NCBI GenBank assembly: GCA_002472565.1
Contig: DKSK01000012.1
Coordinates: 7,579-71,578, forward strand
Origin: Bacteroidales bacterium UBA7258
GTDB taxonomy: Bacteria; Bacteroidota; Bacteroidia; Bacteroidales; UBA932
Length of the DNA: 64,000 nucleotides
Reading direction: 5' to 3'
Shown here one piece after another: positions 59,801 through 64,000 of this stretch (the first letter of the stretch is position 1; each line of letters begins with the position of its first letter). The position numbers and the translations under genes are program-made. Below the pieces are notes generated by a model. The model was not told the origin of the DNA, made no database searches, and worked only from the letters and a program-made list of their open reading frames with translations.

Positions 59801-60128
59801 TAATCATCTGGGTACAGTCATCGGAACCAGGACCTGGGGCGGAATTGTCGGAATCAGCGGTTCTCTCCCTTACATGGACGGCACTGATGTCAGAGTTCCT
59901 TTCTTCACGAACTATGACGCCCAGACCGGCAAGTGGATCGTCGAGAACCATGGTGTCGATCCTGACATCCTCATTGACAATGATCCTGTCAAGGAGTTTG
60001 CGGGCGAAGATGAGCAATTGCTCAAGGCCGTTGAGACTGCCATGCAGCAACTTAAGGACCGCAAACCTCTCCCTGGAGTTCCGGCGCCTCGTACATTCAA
60101 GGACCTCGGCCTTCCGGAGATAAAGTAA
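56829..60128 (+). CDS. Tricorn-like S41 protease
   Basis: Signal peptide, PD40-like repeats (SPDGK), a PDZ region, YIYIPDMG, IIDDRANGGG, SASDGD and RTWGG. Confidence 0.92.
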   Translation: MMKKLLLVCAVLGAVSASFMADAQTAGSEARLLRFPATNGTDVVFSYAGDLFTAPLSGGEAKRLTSHVGYEMFARYSPDGKTIAFTGEYDGNREVYLIPAKGGEPVRLTYTATNSRDDLGDRMGPNNIVMGWTPDGKYVIYRNRTGDGFEGKLWKVPAGGGMPQMIPLPEGGFCSYSPDGKTLAYNRVMREFRTWKYYRGGMADEIWLYDGKKVTKVTDNPAQDIFPMWVGNEIYFASDRDMTMNIFVYDIKTKETKKVTDFTDYDVKFPSTNGKIVVFEKGGFLYKLDPATKKAEQIHITLTSDLVYGRAERMNVGRKGRNSYSLSPDGKRLAVTARGELFDVPVGSGITRNITKTPGSNDRGADWSPNGKYIAFIGDGSGETEVYLYEVAKGGEPEQVTKGNDTYIRSLQWSPDSKHILYTDRKNRVVEVDPFAKTKKVLLQNPEQEFMDVEYSPDGKWLTYTKPAKNQFSVVYVMNLASGKEYPVTSSWSSSSRPVFSSDGKYLLYTSDTELRPTYSRVEWDYAYGNMSALYMTILSKDTPSPLLAGDSESSPESEADPAPGKGPKPAASKDGEAAPGKDGAKSVDKASAAEVKIDFDGLTTRVVKLPFSGFSYFCDGKKVWYSAGGGTQVFDFKTGKSEKCSDSRLSYRNGDKFALALGGTWKAVRFPADHVGGGETIDLDNMFTTVDYSQEWPEIFDEVWRAFRDGYYLENMHGRDWNAIKEKYAVFLPYVKTRLDLNYVIGGMIAELASGHAYVSPGDYPKPERIDMGLLGARLSKDKSGYFKIDHIYSGAAYRPELRSPLTEIGMNISEGDYITAIDGQSLKDVDNIYKLLIGKAGKLCELTVNKGASEGGRKVVVKPIADEYPLEHYEWVQNNIKTVEEKSGGKVGYIYIPDMGAEGLNEFVRYYYPQLDKEALIIDDRANGGGNVSPMIIERLLRKVYRMTMSRTSTLTGTVPDGTQTGPKVLLINKYSASDGDLFPWSFKANHLGTVIGTRTWGGIVGISGSLPYMDGTDVRVPFFTNYDAQTGKWIVENHGVDPDILIDNDPVKEFAGEDEQLLKAVETAMQQLKDRKPLPGVPAPRTFKDLGLPEIK

Positions 60129-60190
60129 GGCTCTCCCGTCCTGAGCTCCGGGGCTCCGTTCCCCCCAGGCTCTGCCGCATAGTTATCTGC

Positions 60191-60218
60191 AGGCTTCCGG
60201 GCGCTTGTCCGGAAGCCT
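60191..60218. terminator. Strong hairpin after the tricorn gene
   Basis: AGGCTTCCGGGC-GCTT-GTCCGGAAGCCT, a 12-bp stem with one G.T pair; the U tract is poor. Confidence 0.5.
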
Positions 60219-60236
60219 CTTGATATAAGCAAGTTC

Positions 60237-60992
60237 ATGAAAAAATCCATATTAGTCTTTCTCTTCATCTTCATGGCCCTGGGCCTCTACGCCAGGAAGC
60301 CGCTCATCGGCGTTTCCACCTCGCTTAATGACGGGCGGAGCGCCACGAAGCTGAGATATTCAGCCGCCATTGAGAAGGCCGGAGGGATACCAGTCCTCAT
60401 CCCCCTCACCAAGGACGGAAAACTGGTCGAGGAGACGGTCAGACGGCTCGACGGCATCCTGTTCATAGGAGGAGACGATTTCGCCCCGTCACTCTATGGC
60501 GAAAGCGTGCTTAATTCCTCAGTTCAGATAAACGGACTTTGCGACACCAGCGACGTACTCCTGATGCGTGCGGCTCTCAGGCAGAAGAAAAGCATTCTGG
60601 CCATCTGCCGCGGAGCGCAGCTGCTCAATATCGTCCTCGGCGGCAGCCTCTATCAGGACCTTCCGGCCCAGTATCCGGAGGCGCTCCCACATCAGGGTAA
60701 GCCTCATCAGATAGTGATTGACGGTAGGTCCCGTCTTGCCACTATCCTGAGCCCGGACTCATCCGCTGACCTAGAGCTGACTGTCAATTCTTTCCATCAC
60801 CAGGCAATAAAGCGCCTGGCTCCATCGCTCTTTCTCTCCGCCAGCTCTTCCGACGGCATCCCTGAAGCGGTCGAGCTCCCGGGAAAGACCTTCATCCTCG
60901 GAGTCCAATTCCATCCTGAAATTCCCGCGGCCCAGGGCGACCCCTTCTGGCTCCGGCTCTTCACCGCCTTCGTCCGCTCAGCCCGCCGCTGA
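60237..60992 (+). CDS. Peptidase C26 / PuuD-like gamma-glutamyl hydrolase
   Basis: AGGIPVLIP, LDGILFIGG, LAICRGAQ (Cys), VNSFHHQA and GVQFHPE; signal peptide. Confidence 0.9.
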   Translation: MKKSILVFLFIFMALGLYARKPLIGVSTSLNDGRSATKLRYSAAIEKAGGIPVLIPLTKDGKLVEETVRRLDGILFIGGDDFAPSLYGESVLNSSVQINGLCDTSDVLLMRAALRQKKSILAICRGAQLLNIVLGGSLYQDLPAQYPEALPHQGKPHQIVIDGRSRLATILSPDSSADLELTVNSFHHQAIKRLAPSLFLSASSSDGIPEAVELPGKTFILGVQFHPEIPAAQGDPFWLRLFTAFVRSARR

Positions 60993-61169
60993 CAGCCCGT
61001 GTGGCGGCGCACCCTGCCCTTCAGCCACCTGCCATACTTATAATATGCTGAGAGAAAGCTGATTGACGGCGGGGAAGGTGGTGGAAGGTGGAGGAAGAAT
61101 GGTGCCGGGTAAGGCTCGGATCAATGGTTTATGGGGAATTTTCGCTAAATTGGCGGAAAGTTTTGGCTT

Positions 61170-61760
61170 ATGAAAAATGTAAGAGTTTTAGCGGCCTTCG
61201 CCGCTTTCATGATAGGAAGCTTCTTCTCTCCTGCTCAGGCTGGGGAAGGTGCCGCTTTGCCGCCAGAGAAAGCCTTGAGGGTGGCGGCCGCTTCGCCTCA
61301 GAGTGAAGAAGATTTGGATGCGGAGTATGGGAAGACGCTTTTGAAGGTGGGGTCGGCAGCTCCTGAAATCGCCTTGATGGATATTAAGGGCAGGCCCTTT
61401 TCGCTCAAGGCTTTGAGCGGCAAATATGTGGTCCTGGATTTTTGGGCTTCATGGTGCCCTGACTGCAGGCGTGAGATTCCTGATGTCTTGAGGCTCTACA
61501 AGAAGTACGCGCCGAAAGGTGTTGTTTTCGTCGGAGTTTCTTTTGACGACAAGGAGGAGAGCTGGCGCAAGGCGGTGAAGGAATATGGCCTGGACTATTC
61601 CCATGTCAGCGAGCTTTGCCGTATGAAGGATTCGGCCATAGCGAAGGCTTATGGAATCAAGTGGATTCCGAGTATGTATCTGATCGGGCCTGACGGCAAG
61701 GTCAAGACAGCCACGGTGGTTTTGACTAAGGTTGAGGCTGAACTGGAGAAAATCCGCTAG
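61170..61760 (+). CDS. TlpA-family thiol:disulfide oxidoreductase
   Basis: Signal peptide, LDFWASWCPDC, and IPSMYLIGPDG. Confidence 0.9.
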   Translation: MKNVRVLAAFAAFMIGSFFSPAQAGEGAALPPEKALRVAAASPQSEEDLDAEYGKTLLKVGSAAPEIALMDIKGRPFSLKALSGKYVVLDFWASWCPDCRREIPDVLRLYKKYAPKGVVFVGVSFDDKEESWRKAVKEYGLDYSHVSELCRMKDSAIAKAYGIKWIPSMYLIGPDGKVKTATVVLTKVEAELEKIR

Positions 61761-61825
61761 AGGGGAGGGTCGAAAAGAAGAGATTCTTGCGGATATTTTC
61801 TTGATAAATAATAATTTACAGCTAT

Positions 61826-63295
61826 ATGGAAAGGAAAGAGACAAGCTCAGACATCCTGGCCAAGGTCAAGGGAGTTTTTTCAAGATTCCCTCTCGCTTTC
61901 GCCATTCTGGCGGCGCTTTTTGTTTTCGCCGCCATAGCCTTCTATGTAAGCCCTTCGGGGGCGGCCTCATGGCTGGACGAGGACAGAAAGCTTATTATCA
62001 TCTTGTATCTCGCCCAAGCAGCCTTTCTTTCCGTGGGCCTGGCCCTATGGAAAGAGGAGAAGCCGGAGCTTGGCTTTCCCGTGAAACTTGGGCTCCATGC
62101 CCTCTTGCTTGCCTCAGCCATCTATTTTCTCTTCAGCACGGAAATAGGCTACAGGTTTTTCGGCTATGCTTCCGTCTCCATGGCCATAGCAGTTTTCTGT
62201 CTCATGGCTTCCTTCTTCAAGGAGAAAGACGATGTGCAGCTGGTCAATTTCACCATACGCATGTTTGTGATAATCTTGGCCTCCGGCATCGTTTCCCTTG
62301 TCTTCATGTTGGCCCTCTTCCTTATGAATTTCGCCTTCAATGCCTTATTCCAGATAGAGCCGACAGAATATTGCTATGAACTCGAAGTCGTATTTTCATG
62401 GGGCCTTCTCTTCCCGGGGCTGATTTTTTCTTTCGTCCCCATGGAGAAGAAACATGACAATTCTCGTGACCTGGGAAAATTCCTCATGTCCGTGCTCCAT
62501 TTCCTCCTTGTCCCGATTCTTGGCATTTACCTCGTCATGCTCTATGTCTATGCCGCCAAGATTCTATTTACCTGGACCTTGCCGAACGGCGGGGTGGTGG
62601 CTTTCGTAAGCGCTTCCGTCTTGGGAAGCATCGTCCTGCTGATATTGCTATATCCATCCGCTCAGCCATCCGCTGTGGCGGAGACTTCCGCCGATGGCAA
62701 GACCGTCCTTGAGGGGCGTGCCCATAGCTTTGACGGCTTCATCCGGACTTGGCTGCCTGTCCTCCTCCTTCCGCCCCTCGTCCTGATGACCATCGGAATT
62801 GCCAGAAGGATAAGTGATTACGGAATAACTGCGGAGAGACTTTATGTTGCCTTGGCCAACCTTTGGTCCTATGCCGTCTGCATCGGTCTGATCGTAACGC
62901 GAGGCAAGAGGCTGTGGTGGATTCCGGCATCTTTCGCCACGGTGATGCTCCTCGCTTCTGTAGGGCCGCAAAGTTTTGGCGAGATTACCAAGAGGGTCAT
63001 GCTCCATGATGTCAAGGAAACTATGACATCTGCAGGTGTAAAGAACTTCCCTCTTGATAGCGAAAAATATGGAGAGCTTCTTGAAAGCATGGATTCGGTT
63101 TCCACAGATAGGATGGAATCAAAGCTTGGCCGTCTTTTAAGGTCGTACCCGCTTAATGTTACGGCGCCTTTGATTGATGCGGACGCCTTTTATAATTATG
63201 ATGTCGTTGAGGACTCGGTAAATGTCATTGACGACGTTGTGATGGATACCGTGTCTGTCGTTGGATCCACGGCTCCTGAAGATGACAACAATTAA
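61826..63295 (+). CDS. DUF4153-like polytopic membrane protein
   Basis: About 11 hydrophobic segments, RISDYGIT.ERLY and N-terminal SRFPL. Confidence 0.75.
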   Translation: MERKETSSDILAKVKGVFSRFPLAFAILAALFVFAAIAFYVSPSGAASWLDEDRKLIIILYLAQAAFLSVGLALWKEEKPELGFPVKLGLHALLLASAIYFLFSTEIGYRFFGYASVSMAIAVFCLMASFFKEKDDVQLVNFTIRMFVIILASGIVSLVFMLALFLMNFAFNALFQIEPTEYCYELEVVFSWGLLFPGLIFSFVPMEKKHDNSRDLGKFLMSVLHFLLVPILGIYLVMLYVYAAKILFTWTLPNGGVVAFVSASVLGSIVLLILLYPSAQPSAVAETSADGKTVLEGRAHSFDGFIRTWLPVLLLPPLVLMTIGIARRISDYGITAERLYVALANLWSYAVCIGLIVTRGKRLWWIPASFATVMLLASVGPQSFGEITKRVMLHDVKETMTSAGVKNFPLDSEKYGELLESMDSVSTDRMESKLGRLLRSYPLNVTAPLIDADAFYNYDVVEDSVNVIDDVVMDTVSVVGSTAPEDDNN

Positions 63296-63309
63296 AAATC
63301 TGATATATC

Positions 63310-64000
63310 ATGAGCGAAAAGAAATTCAGGATTGAATCTGACCTTTTGGGTGAACTCAAGGTCCCTGATGACGTCTACTATGGAGTCCAGACTCAGCGCG
63401 CCATCAACAATTACCACATCTCCAGCCGAAAGATGCGTGATTTCCCTGACTTTGTCGTGGCCATAGCCTACGTCAAACTCGCCGCTGTCCAGGCGAACCA
63501 CAGCCTCGGTATAATCAACGACGAAATCACCGGGGCCATCAGTCAGGCGTGCCGCGAGATAATCGACGGCAAGATGCACGAAGACTTCCCTATCGACATG
63601 ATGCAGGGCGGAGCCGGAACCTCTGTCAACATGAACGCTAACGAGGTCATAGCGAACAGGGCCCTGGAAATCATGGGCCATCAGAAAGGAGAATATCAGT
63701 ACTGCTATCCTAACGACCACGTCAATTGCGGCCAGTCCACCAACGATGTCTATCCGACGGCAATCCGTCTGGCCTTGGTGAGGATGAACAAGCATCTTGT
63801 CAGCAGCCTCACAGGCCTGATCGATTCTCTCCGTTCCAAGTCCAAGGAATACGCCGAGGTCATCAAGATGGGCCGCACCCAGCTCCAGGATGCCGTCCCT
63901 ATGACCGTAGGTCAGGAATTCAACGCCTTTGCCGACAATCTTGAGGAGGAAATCCTCAATCTCGACCGCAACGTAAAGCTGCTTCATGAAATCAACATGG
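63310..64000 (+). CDS. aspA: Aspartate ammonia-lyase (3'-truncated; absent from the ORF track)
   Basis: MSEKKFRIESDLLGE…YYGVQTQRA, QGGAGTSVNMNANEVIANRALE and HVNCGQSTNDVYPT. Confidence 0.93.
   Translation, partial: MSEKKFRIESDLLGELKVPDDVYYGVQTQRAINNYHISSRKMRDFPDFVVAIAYVKLAAVQANHSLGIINDEITGAISQACREIIDGKMHEDFPIDMMQGGAGTSVNMNANEVIANRALEIMGHQKGEYQYCYPNDHVNCGQSTNDVYPTAIRLALVRMNKHLVSSLTGLIDSLRSKSKEYAEVIKMGRTQLQDAVPMTVGQEFNAFADNLEEEILNLDRNVKLLHEINM

Noticed and set aside
63292-63987. 231-aa minus-strand ORF at the window end
   Set aside because: Antisense to the clearly recognisable aspA on the plus strand.

Overview
Core-genome window of a Bacteroidales bacterium. Evidence: Bacteroidetes TTTG/TAnnTTTG promoters, the Bacteroidetes rpsL-rpsG-fusA-rpsJ order without tuf, and BACON and S46 proteins; a finer lineage cannot be assigned from sequence alone. 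Contents in order: mfd-coaX-OMP-TPR-lptC-ppiD; an EEP nuclease/phosphatase; galK; a minus-strand block of rnhB, S46 peptidase, Mrp, transglutaminase, cupin, rsmA, aspS, two large BACON lipoproteins, a CpXC protein and ychF; an EF-G paralogue; tRNA-Gly; a nine-gene branched-chain amino acid operon (ilvD-ilvB-ilvN-ilvC-leuC-leuD-cimA-leuB-ilvE); metY and a nitrilase; an S9 peptidase; the str operon with rpsJ and a CAU-anticodon tRNA; metX-thrA-asd; tricorn protease; a C26 hydrolase; a TlpA redoxin; a DUF4153 protein; and the start of aspA. I found no mobile element, CRISPR array or rRNA. The strongest non-obvious signal, missed by the ORF track, is a complete ribosome-dependent attenuator upstream of ilvD: a 27-aa Ile/Val/Leu-rich leader peptide plus antiterminator and terminator. 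Other notable points: the operon has citramalate synthase but no leuA; the S10 cluster stops after rpsJ and is capped by a tRNA with an extra T-arm base; the EF-G paralogue has degenerate GTPase motifs and a structured leader; two repeat-built surface lipoproteins sit inside a housekeeping block; and several mRNA-sense spacers are G-rich and C-poor. All calls are by motif recognition; no database searches were run.
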